Below are positions 29,251 to 42,661 of a stretch of 64,000 bases of DNA, one piece after another. Location: assembly GCA_964016885.1 (NCBI GenBank), contig OZ024746.1, forward strand, positions 95,046,001-95,110,000, in the 5' to 3' direction. The notes below the pieces were generated by a model. The model made no database searches. It was not told the origin of the DNA and worked only from the letters and a program-made list of their open reading frames with translations. Positions within the stretch are counted from its first letter, which is position 1. Each line of letters begins with the position of its first letter. The position numbers were made by a program, and so were the translations under genes. Origin of the DNA: Eledone cirrhosa (Eukaryota).

Positions 29251-29780
29251 CAGAAAAGAGAGACAAGAACTAGGCTCAATGGCATGGTCCCTTAACTCCT
29301 GAGGGAGTCCTAGGGGCGCCATATTGACATACAGCGTTTCTTGGGTATTTGTAAATCAAGCAGAGCCCAATCCTGAATACAGCAGATTTCTACCAGAGAA
29401 AGATGAGAGAGAGTGAGAGAATGGAGGTGAGAAAGAAATATAGAGGAAGAATCGACCCCAGTACTTGACTGGTATATTTTTTATCGACCCTGGAATGGAT
29501 GAAAAGCAAAGTTGACCTCGGCAGGTTTTGAACTGAGAGAGCAGTGAGCCGGAACAAATACCACAAAGCATTCTATGCGAGGTTCTAACGACTCTGCCAG
29601 TACGCCACCTATTAGGGTTGATATAATGAATAAAACATACTTGAAGGCGACGTCTTCGTCTGGCTGCAGTCCAATGGGAGACGCCAGAAAAATGAAAGAA
29701 TAACTGTGAATATATATGCGTATATTTGTGTGTGTGTAGATATATCTGTACATAGTTATATATGTATGTGTGTATAAGTA

Positions 29781-29862
<82 letters not shown>

Positions 29863-29949
29863 TGTAGATATATATATGTATGTGTAGATATATATGTATG
29901 TATAGATATATATGTATGTATGTATAGATATATATGTATGTATGTATAG

Positions 29950-29984
<35 letters not shown>

Positions 29985-30570
29985 TGTATAGATATGTTTG
30001 TATAGATATATATGTATGTATGTATATATATGTATGTATAGATATGTTTGTATAGATATATGTGTATGTATAGATATATAGATATATGTGTATGTATAGA
30101 TATATAGATATATATGTATGTATAGATATATATGTATGTATAGATATATAGATATGTTTATATAGATATGTATGTATAGATATGTTTATATAGATATACA
30201 GTATATGTATGTATGTATAGATATATGTATATGTGTGAGGGGGGGTGTATGTGTGTGTTTGCGTGTGTGTATATATACACTTAGTGAACTAAGGTCTATA
30301 GATAAATGTATGTGTGTGGCTTGTTATAGATATAGTTTCATGTTTTGTCATGAAAATTCTCCATCAATAATATTTTATACGAGCAGCTTTCATAATATGA
30401 ATGGCGTTTGTCCATTCATCTAATTCTACAAACTTATCCTCCTTTTTTATGTTTCAGTGCAATTAACACCATTTATATCAGATATCACATCAAGCTTGGG
30501 CCGTTAGGGTCCTTATGTGTATTTATAATTTGAATGAAAGACTGGTTTCTATCGTATGATTGCCGACATG

Positions 30571-30660
30571 CAGAGCAGGATTTAACAAGGGACAAAAGGG
30601 GCAATTGCCCTGGGGCCCTTCATAGGGGGCGGGGGGGGGGGGGGGGGGGGGGGCAATTTA
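30571..30660 (+). mobile_element. Left end of hAT-type MITE (related to 11367)
   Basis: CAGAGCAGGATTTAA...GGGACAAAAGGGGCAATT resembles 11367-11410. Confidence 0.5.
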
Positions 30661-30699
30661 TTTGTGTCTGTTTCTACGTATGGATATATATTATGTACG

Positions 30700-32690
30700 T
30701 ACGTATGTGTGTGATTGATTCTAGGTGTGTGTAAGACTGTATCTATGTATGTGTATGATTGTATGTATGTGTATGGCTGCATCTATGTATGTGTGTGACT
30801 GTGTGTGTATGTGTGTGATTGATTCTAGGTGTGTGTAAGACTGTATCTATGTATGTGTATGATTGTATGTATGTGTATGGCTGCATCTATGTATGTGTGT
30901 GACTGTGTACGTATGTGTGTGATTGATTCTAGGTGTGTGTAAGACTGTATTTATGTATGTGTATGATTGTATGTATGTGTATGGCTGCATCTATGTATGT
31001 GTGTGACTGTGTGTGTGTGTGTGATTGATTCTATGTGTGTGTAAGACTGTATCTATGTATGTGTATGATTGTATGTATGTGTATGGCTGCATCTATGTAT
31101 GTGTGTGACTGTGTGTGTATGTGTGTGATTGATTCTAGGTGTGTGTAAGACTGTATTTATGTATGTGTATGATTGTATGTATGTGTATGGCTGCATCTAT
31201 GTATGTGTGTGACTGTGTGTGTGTGTGTGATTGATTCTAGGTGTGTGTAAGACTGTATTTATGTATGTGTATGATTGTATGTATGTGTATGGCTGCATCT
31301 ATGTATGTGTGTGACTGTGTGTATGTGTGTGATTGATTCTATGTGTGTGTAAGACTGTATCTATGTATGTGTATGATTGTATGTATGTGTATGGCTGCAT
31401 CTATGTATGTGTGTGACTGTGTGTGTATGTGTGTGATTGATTCTAGGTGTGTGTAAGACTGTATCTATGTATGTGTATGATTGTATGTATGTGTATGGCT
31501 GCATCTATGTATGTGTGTGACTGTGTGTGTATGTGTGTGATTGATTCTAGGTGTGTGTAAGACTGTATCTATGTATGTGTATGATTGTATGTATGTGTAT
31601 GGCTGCATCTATGTATGTGTGTGACTGTGTGTGTATGTGTGTGATTGATTCTAGGTGTGTGTAAGACTGTATCTATGTATGTGTATGATTGTATGTATGT
31701 GTATGGCTGCATCTATGTATGTGTGTGACTGTGTGTGTATGTGTGTGATTGATTCTAGGTGTGTGTAAGACTGTATCTATGTATGTGTATGATTGTATGT
31801 ATGTGTATGGCTGCATCTATGTATGTGTGTGATTGATTCTAGGTGTGTGTAAGACTGTATCTATGTATGTGTATGATTGTATGTATGTGTATGGCTGCAT
31901 CTATGTATGTGTGTGACTGTGTGTGTATGTGTGTGATTGATTCTAGGTGTGTGTAAGACTGTATTTATGTATGTGTATGATTGTATGTATGTGTATGGCT
32001 GCATCTATGTATGTGTGTGACTGTGTGTGTATGTGTGTGACTGATTCTAGGGGTGTGTATGAATGTATGTATGTGTATGCCTGTATCTATGTATGTGTAT
32101 GTCTGTGTATGGCTGTGTATGTGTATGACTGTTTCTAGGTGTGTGTATGACTGTATCTATGTATGTGTATGTATGTGTATGTATGTGTATGTCTGTGTAT
32201 GTGTATGACTGTTTCTAGGTGTGTGTATGGCTGTATCTATGTATGTGTATGGTCGTGTATGTATGTGTATAACTGTATCTATGTATGTGTATGGCTGTGT
32301 ATGTATGTGTTTGATTGTATCTATGTATGTGTATGGCTGTGTATGTGTGTGTATGGCTGTGTATGTATGTGTATGGCTGTATCTAATTATGTGTATGACT
32401 GTATCTATTATGTGTATGACTGTATCTAAGTATGTGTATGTCTGTATCTATGTATGTGTATGTCTGTATCTATGTATGTGTGTGTCTGTATCTATGTATG
32501 TGTACAGCTGTGTATGTATGTGTATGACTGTATCTATGTATGTGTATGTATGTGTATGACTGTATCTATCTATGTGTATGCCTGTATTTATGTATGTGTA
32601 CGGCTGTGTATGTATGTGTATGACTGTATCTTTGTATGTATATGATTGTATCTCTGTATGTCTGTATCTAGGTATGTGTATAACTACATC
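30700..32690 (+). repeat. ~104-bp minisatellite (~13 units) decaying into a (TATG/TG) repeat
   Basis: The CTAGG of GATTCTAGG starts at 30721, 30825, 30929 and onward; homogeneous to ~32050. Confidence 0.95.
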
Positions 32691-32717
32691 TCTGGATGTG
32701 ATTTTATGTTACTCGAC

Positions 32718-33031
32718 GTATATTTTAAAGTATATTTTAAAATATACTTTAAAGTATATTTTAAAATATATTTTAAAGTATATTTTAAAATATACTTTAA
32801 AGTATATTTTAAAGTATATTTTAAAGTATATTTTAAAATATATTTTAAAGTATATTTTAAAGTATATTTTAAAATATACTTTAAAGTATATTTTAAAGTA
32901 TATTTTAAAATATATTTTAAAGTATATTTTAAAGTATATTTTAAAGTATATTTTAAAGTATATTTTAAAATATACTTTAAAGTATATTTTAAAGTATATT
33001 TTAAAATATACTTTAAAGTATATTTTAAAGT
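32718..33031. repeat. 12-bp quasi-palindromic AT minisatellite (~26 units)
   Basis: Variants GTATATTTTAAA / ATATATTTTAAA / ATATACTTTAAA. Confidence 0.95.
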
Positions 33032-33393
33032 TTACCATATTTTAGAAATAGATTTGATTATCATTCTCATCTATATGCATGCGTGTGCATGTGTGTGTGT
33101 TTGTGTGTACATATGTACGTGTTTGTATGCGTGTGTCTATATGTGTTTATGTGTCTGTCTTATTAAAGACATGACAACATTCCAGTTTCAGTTTCATTTA
33201 TTAAAATCTTAGAATATTCTAATAAAGCCTCTACAGTTCGTTTGGAAAAACATGGTTCAATAATCTTATCAACGATTCTAGACCAGAAAACATAACAAGA
33301 TTGTACGAAACTGAAACTAGAAAGTAGACGTGTCTTCCACAACACATGTATAAAGGAGCACTGTTTCCCATATATACAAATATATACTATATA

Positions 33394-33585
33394 CAGGGGT
33401 TGGACAAAATAATGGATACACCTTAAAATTTCAAAGAAATATATTTTAATATGGGGTAGCCTTTGGCAGTAATTACAGCTTGAATTCTACGAGGTTTGGA
33501 CTCGTACAAAGTTCGAATTGTTTCCAAAGGAATTTTTGTCCATTCTTCAGCTAAAACAGTCTCCAGTTCTTGTAGTGATGATATC
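33394..33585 (-). mobile_element. Tc1-type transposon 3' end
   Basis: TA|CAGGGGTTGGACAAAATAATGG TIR; LQELETVLAEEWTKIPLETIRTLYES.PRRIQAVITAKG. Confidence 0.85.
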
Positions 33586-34598
33586 GCAGCCATCATTATT
33601 ATCATATTTACACATAATTTTTCTTCTGCTGCCACCCGTCTGTTTCGTTCTTTGTACCTTTTACCCTTTCTCGTTCTTTGTACCTTTTACCCTTTCTAAC
33701 AGTCTCTCTCTCTGTTAGCCTCCTCCTCAACTTTCACTCACTCATTCTCTGTCACTACCTCTCCTCCTCCTCTTTCCTCCCCCTCCTTCAAGTTTGACCT
33801 GTGTGTAATTCTTTTCTCGCGCGGTCTTGGTCAAGCTGGTATGGAATTTTTTTCTCTCTCTCTCTTTCGTCTGCGACTTCACAAAACTTATGTTTACCGA
33901 ATTCGTAGACCAGACCCCTTCTTCTTCTTCTTCTTCTTCTTTTTCTCCCCCCCCCCCCCCCCCCCAGTTAGACCTGTGCGAAATTCCTTCCTTGCTCACA
34001 TTTCAACCAGATTTGATGGTCTTTTGTCTCTTGTTCACGATTTCACCGAGTTTATATTCATAGAGATCTGGGACTTGTCTATTTCTTCTCACTTTCCGTT
34101 GCCTAAACCATTTTGTTTGTTACCCTAACGTCCCCTTTATTTACGTGTCCCAACGACTTTTTTTAGCCGTTGTTCGCACCAACCTGAGGCATATGGCCCT
34201 TAAAGCGATGAAATGAGGGACGTATTTTATTACATGTTACCATGTGCTACCTGCAGTATTTTTCTCTATATTTTAATATATATATATATGTATATATGTG
34301 TGTGTCCGCATGTATCTGTGTGTTTCTAAATGTATTAATAACTCCCTCTGGTCGAGCAATCTTTGAAGTGTGGGGACAACTGGAAAGCTTCCATTACTCA
34401 TACTTCTCGCCTTCTTCACTACCTCTTCTACGGCCTCGATATGAATACCCCCTCCGCCTCCGTGGTATTTTTTTCGTGGTTATAAGAGGCTTTGCTCTGT
34501 TTCTCGACCGTTATATCGCGTGACTATCTCCCCCTCCGCCTTTTGGGATTCTTTCTCACGTCGTGTAGACGCGTTCTTGAGACTAGTAAAATGAGGTA

Positions 34599-34686
34599 TC
34601 CTCTTGATAAGTCGGCAGACCTCGCAAGGACTCTATGTCTTTGATATATTGTTTTTGTTTATGCCACGAAACTACGTAGTCGAGGA
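34599..34686 (+). ncRNA. Degenerate type I hammerhead motif
   Basis: TCCTC-TTGATAA-GTCGGCA...TGCCAC-GAA-ACTACGTAGT-C-GAGGA. Stems pair; the core has two substitutions. Confidence 0.6.
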
Positions 34687-35001
34687 ATTTAGGAACAGTT
34701 TAGGTATGATACATTTTATTACTAATTATATCTAAATGTTTCTTCTCTCTTCATAATGTATTTTTAACTCTGATACTGGTTCAGTCTGGTTCAAACTGAA
34801 TTGGTCTGTCCCAGTCATTCATTGAGCAACATCGGTGAAGTTGGCACCCTTAACTCACAGTTGGGTGCGGATGCATTCATGTATATATGTGTGTGTCCGC
34901 ATGTATCTGTGTGTTTCTAAATGTATATATATATATATATATATATAATTAAAGAAAGATGTGTAACATGGTTGGCTGTAGAATAAGGGCTTTATTCACA
35001 G

Positions 35002-35110
35002 TGCTGACATTTGTTTCGTTGATCTGGTGGGTCTAGAGTTTGCTAATCGCTTGATGTTGCGTCAATCGATCTCCAATACTTTGTTTACAACCAGTCAATA
35101 CATCAGAGCA
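35002..35110 (-). ncRNA. Type I hammerhead motif with long stem II, one core change
   Basis: Minus strand reads TGCT-CTGATGT-ATTGACTGG...CCAGATCAAC-GAA-ACA-AA-TGT-C-AGCA, within a ~700-bp insert between TA tracts. Confidence 0.6.
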
Positions 35111-35645
35111 AGTGGATATGAGAATAATACGCAAGGCATGGCTTTTTATAGAAGACTGGTGTTAGACCAGAACAATAACATCAGTAACAAAATATCTAGA
35201 TAGTGAATAATTAAAACAATAACATCAATGATAATAAGAGATAGAACATAATAATAAAAATAAAACACGCATGGTAAATAAACCGAGATGATACAGATGT
35301 ATGAAGTGACATGCGAAATCTACCATAGGGTACATTAAAGGTAGTAGTAGTACTAATGGAATGAATTAACGTAAATAAAGGGATAAATAATAAAATGTAC
35401 TTAGAGTCAGATTTTAGGCTCTCCACTTTATGTGCAATTATGAGAGATTTAGATACAAATGAGCTGTGGGTCTGAAACAAGAACTACAATAAAACGGAGA
35501 TTGATTTATGGTTTGACAGATAAATGCTTGCAGTAGGTATTTTCTCCTGTTGTATTAACCTAGTGAGATTGATGGAGGGAGTGTATAGAGATTTATGGTT
35601 CTATGTTTGGTGGTATTAAGTGAAATTGTGGATTCAGTATGTTAA

Positions 35646-35815
<170 letters not shown>

Positions 35816-36068
35816 TTCTTCTACATCGCTACACTGAGCTTCTCGACTGCTCACAGATCCCACAACTGTTCAATGCTAGCTGGGGCATGTATGTCGTACA
35901 TGTGAGCTGGTAAGATGGTATTCCTTAGTGAACATTTAAAACATTATTTCCAAATATAACAGTGTGGTGGAGTAATTCATCTCTTGTTTTTGTCGTTGCC
36001 TTCAACTGGGATTTTATTAGAGAAAATTTGATGAATTTTGTGTCAGTAAGATCATGAAATACTTTTTG

Positions 36069-37678
36069 TTAAAAATATAGTTCCCGTGTTACTGTTGTTG
36101 GTGTTGTTGTTACTGTTGTTGGTGTTGGTGTTGGTGTTGTTGTTACTGGTGTTGGTGTTGTTGTTACTGTTGTTGGTGTTGGTGATGTTGTTACTGTTGT
36201 TGGTGTTGTTGTTGGTGTTGTTGTTACTGTTGTTGGTGATGTTGTTACTGTTGTTAGTGTTGGTGTTGGTGTTGTTGTTGTTGTTACTGGTGTTGGTGTT
36301 GGTGTTGTTGTTACTGGTGTTGGTGTTGTTACTGTTGTTGGTGTTGTTGTTACTGGTGTTGGTGTTGTTGTTACTGTTGTTGGTGTTGGTGATGTTGTTA
36401 CTGTTGTTAGTGTTGGTGTTGGTGTTGTTGTTGTTGTTACTGGTGTTGGTGTTGGTGTTGTTGTTACTGGTGTTGGTGTTGTTGTTACTGTTGTTGGTGT
36501 TGTTACTGTTGTTGGTGTTGTTGTTACTGGTGTTGGTGTTGTTGTTACTGTTGTTGGTGTTGGTGATGTTGTTACTGTTGTTAGTGTTGGTGTTGGTGTT
36601 GTTGTTACTGGTGTTGGTGTTGTTGTTACTGTTGTTGGTGTTGTTGTTACTGTTGTTGGTGTTGTTGTTACTGGTGTTGGTGTTGTTGTTACTGTTGTTG
36701 GTGTTGGTGATGTTGTTACTGTTGTTGGTGTTGGTGTTGGTGTTGTTGTTACTGGTGTTGGTGTTGTTGTTACTGTTGTTGGTGTTGGTGATGTTGTTAC
36801 TGTTGTTGGTGTTGTTGTTGTTGTTACTGGTGTTGGTGTTGGTGTTGTTGTTACTGGTGTTGGTGTTGTTGTTACTGGTGTTGGTGTTGTTGTTACTGTT
36901 GTTGGTGTTGGTGATGTTGTTACTGTTGTTGGTGTTGTTGTTACTGGTGTTGGTGTTGTTGTTACTGTTGTTGGTGTTGGTGATGTTGTTACTGTTGTTG
37001 GTGTTGTTGTTACTGTTGTTGGTGTTGTTGTTACTGGTGTTGGTGTTGGTGTTACTGTTGTTGGTGTTGGTGGTGTTGTTACTGGTGTTGGTGTTGTTGG
37101 TGTTACTGTTGTTGTTACTGGTGTTGGTGTTGTTGTTACTGGTGTTGGTGTTGTTGTTACTGGTGTTGGTGTTGGTGGTGTTGTTACTGTTGTTGGTGTT
37201 GGTGTTGTTGGTGTTACTGTTGTTGGTGTTGGTGTTGTTGTTACTGGTGTTGGTGTTGGTGGTGTTGTTACTGGTGTTGGTGTTGTTGGTGTTACTGTTG
37301 TTGTTACTGGTGTTGGTGTTGGTGGTGTTGTTACTGTTGTTGGTGTTGGTGTTGTTGGTGTTACTGTTGTTGGTGTTGGTGTTGTTGTTACTGGTGTTGG
37401 TGTTGGTGGTGTTGTTACTGTTGTTGGTGTTGGTGTTGTTGGTGTTACTGTTGTTGTTACTGGTGTTGGCGTTGTTGTTACTGTTGTTGGTGTTGCTGCT
37501 GTTTTTGTTGTTAATTTTGTAGCCACTGTGGCTGCTGTTGCTGCGCCTGCTGTTGCTGCTGTTGTTACTGTTGTTGTTGTTACTGTTGTTGGTGTTGGTT
37601 CTGGCGTTACTGTTGTTGTTGCTGCTGCCGTTGTAGTTGTAGCTAAGTTAGCTGCTGCTGTTGTACGACTTAGCTCAC
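36069..37678 (-). CDS. Putative exon encoding a Thr/Pro-rich mucin-like (PTS) domain
   Basis: ~1.6 kb open frame of PTPTTVTT-type repeats with a less repetitive start (GELSRTTAAANLA), directly after a plausible acceptor TTCTCAATTACAG. No other exons identified; could be a pure trinucleotide-derived repeat. Confidence 0.5.
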
Positions 37679-37876
37679 CTGTAATTGAGAACACCTATGA
37701 TCAAAACCTTTCCATTCATGACCACCCCATACTTTTTCCATTTTCTTCACACAGAATCTCTCTAGAATACATTGCCTGCTATGTCCTTCTCTTTTTTAAA
37801 CAATACACTATGATTTGGAGGAGATTTGGTTACTCTTTCTAGCAGGTCCCTATAAAAGTGTGATTTTGAGACGGTG

Positions 37877-38263
37877 TCTCTTTCACTCTCTCTCTCTCTC
37901 TTTCTCAACCTCTTTCTCTCTCTCTCTCTTTCTCAACCTCTTTCTCTCTCTCAACCTCTCTCTCTCTCAACTTCTCTCTCTCTCTCTCTCTCTCTCTTTA
38001 CGTCTCTCTACACCTCTCTCTACCACTCTCTCTCTCTCAACCTCTCTCTCAACCTCTCTCTCAACCTCTCTCTCTCTCTCTCTCTTTACCTCTCTACACC
38101 TCTCTCTACCACTCTCTCTCTCTCTCAACCTCTCTCTCTCTCTCAACCTCTCTCTCTCTCTTTACCTCTCTCTACACCTCTCTCTACCACTCTCTCTCTC
38201 TACCACTCTCTCTCTCTCTCTCTCAACCTCTCTCTCTTTCTCTTTCTCCCCCCTCTCTCCTCC

Positions 38264-38310
<47 letters not shown>
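37877..38310. repeat. (CT)n-derived repeat
   Basis: Directly visible. Confidence 0.95.
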
Positions 38311-38311
<1 letters not shown>

Positions 38312-38477
38312 AGTTCTCATAACAATGATTCATTGATAAACTAATGTTTGTTGTTATTGTTGTTACTGTTGTTATTGTTGTTACTGTTGTTATTGTTGTT
38401 GAATGTAAGAAAACCAGTGATGACTAACATCTGGTCTGAAATATATATAATATCTCTACTAACCTCTTCCCACCCCT

Positions 38478-38569
<92 letters not shown>

Positions 38570-39104
38570 GATAACCGTGTTACATAAACATAAATATATA
38601 TATATAACCCTGTTGCATATATACATACATACATATATACGTGCATATATGCATGCTCACACCCACACACACACATATATATATGTGTGTATTCTAGTCC
38701 TGTAAAAGTCATTTCTATAAAAAACACATACATACATACATACGTGTATGTGTGTAGGTTATTTTTGTTCGAGGTCGAGGTCAAGATTTCACCAACAAGA
38801 GTTATCTTACCCTGACTCAGCACAGAAACCTTAACGTCAATTGTAATATTTCATCGCTATTATCTTAGTTTAAATTGATTTTATACCAAGTATGTACATG
38901 ACGCCCGGGGGTGGATAAATTTCCTTGTGAGGAATGTTAGACCATTTCTATCGATGACTAATACCCCCAAATTCAGAGGTTGCAGCACAGATGGAGGCAG
39001 AGGGGGAGAGGAAATGAGCGGAGTTTTGTCCGCCTCCATATTATTTTAAGTAGTTTACAACGCCCTTATACAATGAATATACGCCTCATGTGTTCGAATT
39101 TGTG

Positions 39105-39177
<73 letters not shown>

Positions 39178-39190
39178 ACGTACATAAATA

Positions 39191-40200
39191 CAGGGCGTAA
39201 CAGGTAAATTGAGACCATTTAAATATCTTTATGATATTTGGTATAACTTGGAAAATCAAATGCTACAAATTTTATGTTTATAGTAATTTATTGTGCAGTG
39301 TTTAGCATTTATTTCAGTTCAATTTGACCACTATTTGCTTTCTTTACCAGTTCAATCCATTTACGAAGTGACACACTGTTGTGAGAAGTTACGTTGGGTA
39401 TTGCTTCAACTGTGCCCCATAGCCAAAAATTACACGGATTCAAATCTGGCGAGCAAGAGGACCAGATATCTTTAGGGAGAAACAAGGGCAATTCTTTCTT
39501 GAAAATTTCTTGCACTCTTTTCGAAGAATGGGTGGATATGGAGTCTTGTACAAACATGACTCGACTTACATCATAGTTGTTTCTACTTTAGGCACAAGGC
39601 CAGCAATTATCCCAGTGTATTACTGGTACTTTATTTTATCGACCCCGTAAGGATGAAAGGCAAAGTTAACCTCGGCGGGATTTGAACTCGGACCATAAAG
39701 GGCCGTAACTCTTTGCTGCTAAGCATAGCGTCCGACCGTCTACCGACACTGCCAATCCACTGCATCATAATGCTTCCTAATCCAAGGCAACGAAACTTCT
39801 AAAATTTTAAAACCCGCTTCAATAAAATGAGGAGGCATCAATTTCCCATCACTTGCAACAGCTCCAAAGACCTTAATGGAAGCCGGATTCTTGCTATGCA
39901 TAGCTGAAGGAACTTGGGAAGGGTCATATGCTATGACTCGTGAGTTTTTTTATGGTTTGCAACTTCGTCTACCACGAACTTCTTTTCATCCACAAAGATA
40001 CGGACATCCCCACCACAATGTTTCAGATGACTACGACCTTTGGGACATCTTTCAGCTTGAATGGCTTTGGAGCAGGTAGTTCGGCTGTTACGGTGTCTCC
40101 TCACGTACGATTCCATATGGAGGTCTTTTATCACAGCCCTAGATACCGTCATTTTACGGAAGAACTCGGGAGAGTCAACGACCATCCTATACAATTTTAT
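39191..40200 (-). mobile_element. Tc1/mariner remnant, maT/DD37D type, interrupted by a SINE (39575-39762)
   Basis: TA|CAGGG end; IFVDEKKFVV and FVQDS.STH...SPDLNPCNFWLW with 37 residues to the last (mutated) Asp position. Confidence 0.85.
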
Positions 40201-41059
40201 TTTTTTATTTTTTCATTTTTTTTTGGGGGGGGGAGACTCCTAGTCTTCATTAAGACATCTATCTAGGAGAAGGTCACTCTGATATAAAACCTGCGACTTC
40301 ATTTGTATCCAATGATGTAGACCAGTTCTTCTTTTTGTGCAAATGCATTCGATGTTCAGAGAGTGGGATTGGCCTCGTGGAAAGACTTTCCGCACTTAAA
40401 AAAAGATTCAAGCACTGACACTGCTTGATATGTGACATTTTTTGCGATGCATGTTATTGCTGGCCATAGGCAAGTCCCTAGCAGGACTAAAAAGCCACGT
40501 CTTTGATGCTCATGCTTAAGTAGCAAGCGATGGCATTGCTCAAAATCGAGTTGCAGCCATCATGCATGCAAGTATGCATACTTGTATGTATGTATTGATG
40601 ATGTATATATTTTTGTATGCATGTGTGTATGTATGTACGTATGTATGTATGTATGTATGTATGTATGTATGTATGTATGTATGTATGTATGTATGTATGT
40701 ATGTATGTATGTACGTATGCATGTATATGTGTATTTGCTCATATATGTACAGATGTATATAACCAGTCAGCTATCCAATAGGCAGCAGAGTAATTATTCA
40801 AATATCTAGAAATATTTGGCAGAGTTCATCAATTTATAATGTTTAGAAACTCAAGATCAAGTCACCTTCATTATTAAATACATAAATTAATGCTTAATTT
40901 GATATATATCTTCTTAAATATATTGTTATCTAGTGAAAAAAATTATAATTAAATTCAGTAATGCGCCAGCTTTAGCTTCCGATCATCAGACGAGATGGAT
41001 TGCCTGTAAAAGCCAAATTCACTATCTTCAATTCATTATTCGTGCCAACCCTTTCTTGG

Positions 41060-41397
41060 TAAAGGCCCTCTTCGGTCACAAATGACCATGGGATTTTCAC
41101 CTAGACAGTTCCCCCACCGAGGCACATGTCCGGACAAGGTAGTTTTTGGAATACCAGCAGCCACCCATGTGTACCAGTCTCCCCTCTCCATGCCACCGAT
41201 GTTGTCCAAAGGAAAGGCAATGGCCGATACAGCTTGGCACTTGTGACATAGCAACTCATTTCTACAGCTGAGTGGACTGGAGAAGCGTGAAGTAAAGTGT
41301 CTTGCTCAAGAACACAATACAAAGCCCGATCTGAGAATTGAACTCACTACCTATTGATTGTAAGCCCGACGCTCTAACCACTGACCATGCGCCTTCA
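41060..41397 (-). mobile_element. Second-family SINE
   Basis: Reverse complement of 26791-27128. Confidence 0.85.
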
Positions 41398-41409
41398 TCG
41401 TCATTAATT

Positions 41410-42145
41410 TTGGGTAATGACCGAAAGAATATGATCGCGAATACAAGCAACCATAATGGGGTTCCTCTGAAGCAGGTGGAGAAGTTCAAGTATCTCGGGG
41501 CCATGTTCACGAGTGATGGAGAGCAGTAGGCTGAATTATGGGCAAGAATTGTAGGAGCTGGTGCAGTAATGCGCCAGCTTCAGCATTCAGTAATCAGAAG
41601 AAGGGAGGTAGGTGTAAAAGTCAAACTCGCTCTCTTCAATTCTGTATTTGTACCAACCCTTATCTATGGTCATGAATCTTGGGTAATGACCGAAATAATA
41701 TGATTGTCAATACAAGCGGCCGAAATGTGGTTCCTCCGAAGGTCTTTGGAGTAATGTTACTCGATAGAGTGCGTAGCTTGGAGATCAGAGAGTCACTCCA
41801 GATAGAGCCGCTACTCCTCTGAATTGAGATACTAAGATACTATAGGCATATGGTTAGAATGTCGCAGGAGAGAATCTCTGAATTGAGAGATCACAGCTTC
41901 GATACTATGGGCATGTTGTTAGAATGTCTCAGGAGAGAATCTCTGAATTGAGAGATCACAACTCCGATACTATGGGCATGTGGTTAGAATGTCTCAGGAG
42001 AGAATCTCTGAATTGAGAGATCACAGCTCCGATACTATGGGCATGTGGTTAGAATGTCTCAGGAGAGAATCTCTGAATTGAGAGATCACAGCTCCGATAC
42101 TATGGGCATGTGGTTAGAATGTCTCAGAATCGCTGGACAGAAGAA
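41410..42145 (+). mobile_element. RTE (Expander/Rex3-like) RT C-terminal fragment with 65-bp tandem expansion
   Basis: LKQVEKFKYLG...VPTLIYGHESWVMT...IERSQLRYYGHVVRM; CTCTGAATTG at 41817, 41876, 41941, 42006 and 42071. Confidence 0.88.
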
Positions 42146-42617
42146 GACGATTTCTTCTTCTTTCGCGCTATTTTTTAACATAGATAATGATATTAACATT
42201 TCGAGAAATTAAAATGCCGCACAGTATATATCTGAGACACCCATATCCACTCCACCACCAGTCGATCTATCCAGTTTCATGAACTTCCGAGGAATCTTAT
42301 ACTTAGTTGTTTGACCTGTTAGAAATAGCAGAGAAATTTCTCTCAATTCAGCTCAAGCTTAAACCGTTTTGAACCATCGGTTTGAACTTCTTACATAGTA
42401 CAACGATACTAGCAAAGATACTATCTAATGACTTCCGTAATGCTTTTAATAGACCGTCAATTTATATAGCTTTATAAATATACTCTGTGTAAGGAAAGAA
42501 AATAACCCTCTTGAAAATAGATTGTGGCAAATAACGGAAGTTATATTGTTAAAACTTTCACTCACATAGTGTGTGTGGTGTGTGTGAGTGCGTGCGTGTC
42601 AGAAAGTGATTGAGTAC

Positions 42618-42661
<44 letters not shown>

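Noticed and set aside
32572-33212. YILK/KVYF repeat ORFs
   Set aside because: Translation of the 12-bp minisatellite on both strands.
36086-37522. 478-aa Leu/Val ORF on the plus strand
   Set aside because: Antisense shadow of the trinucleotide-structured Thr/Pro repeat.
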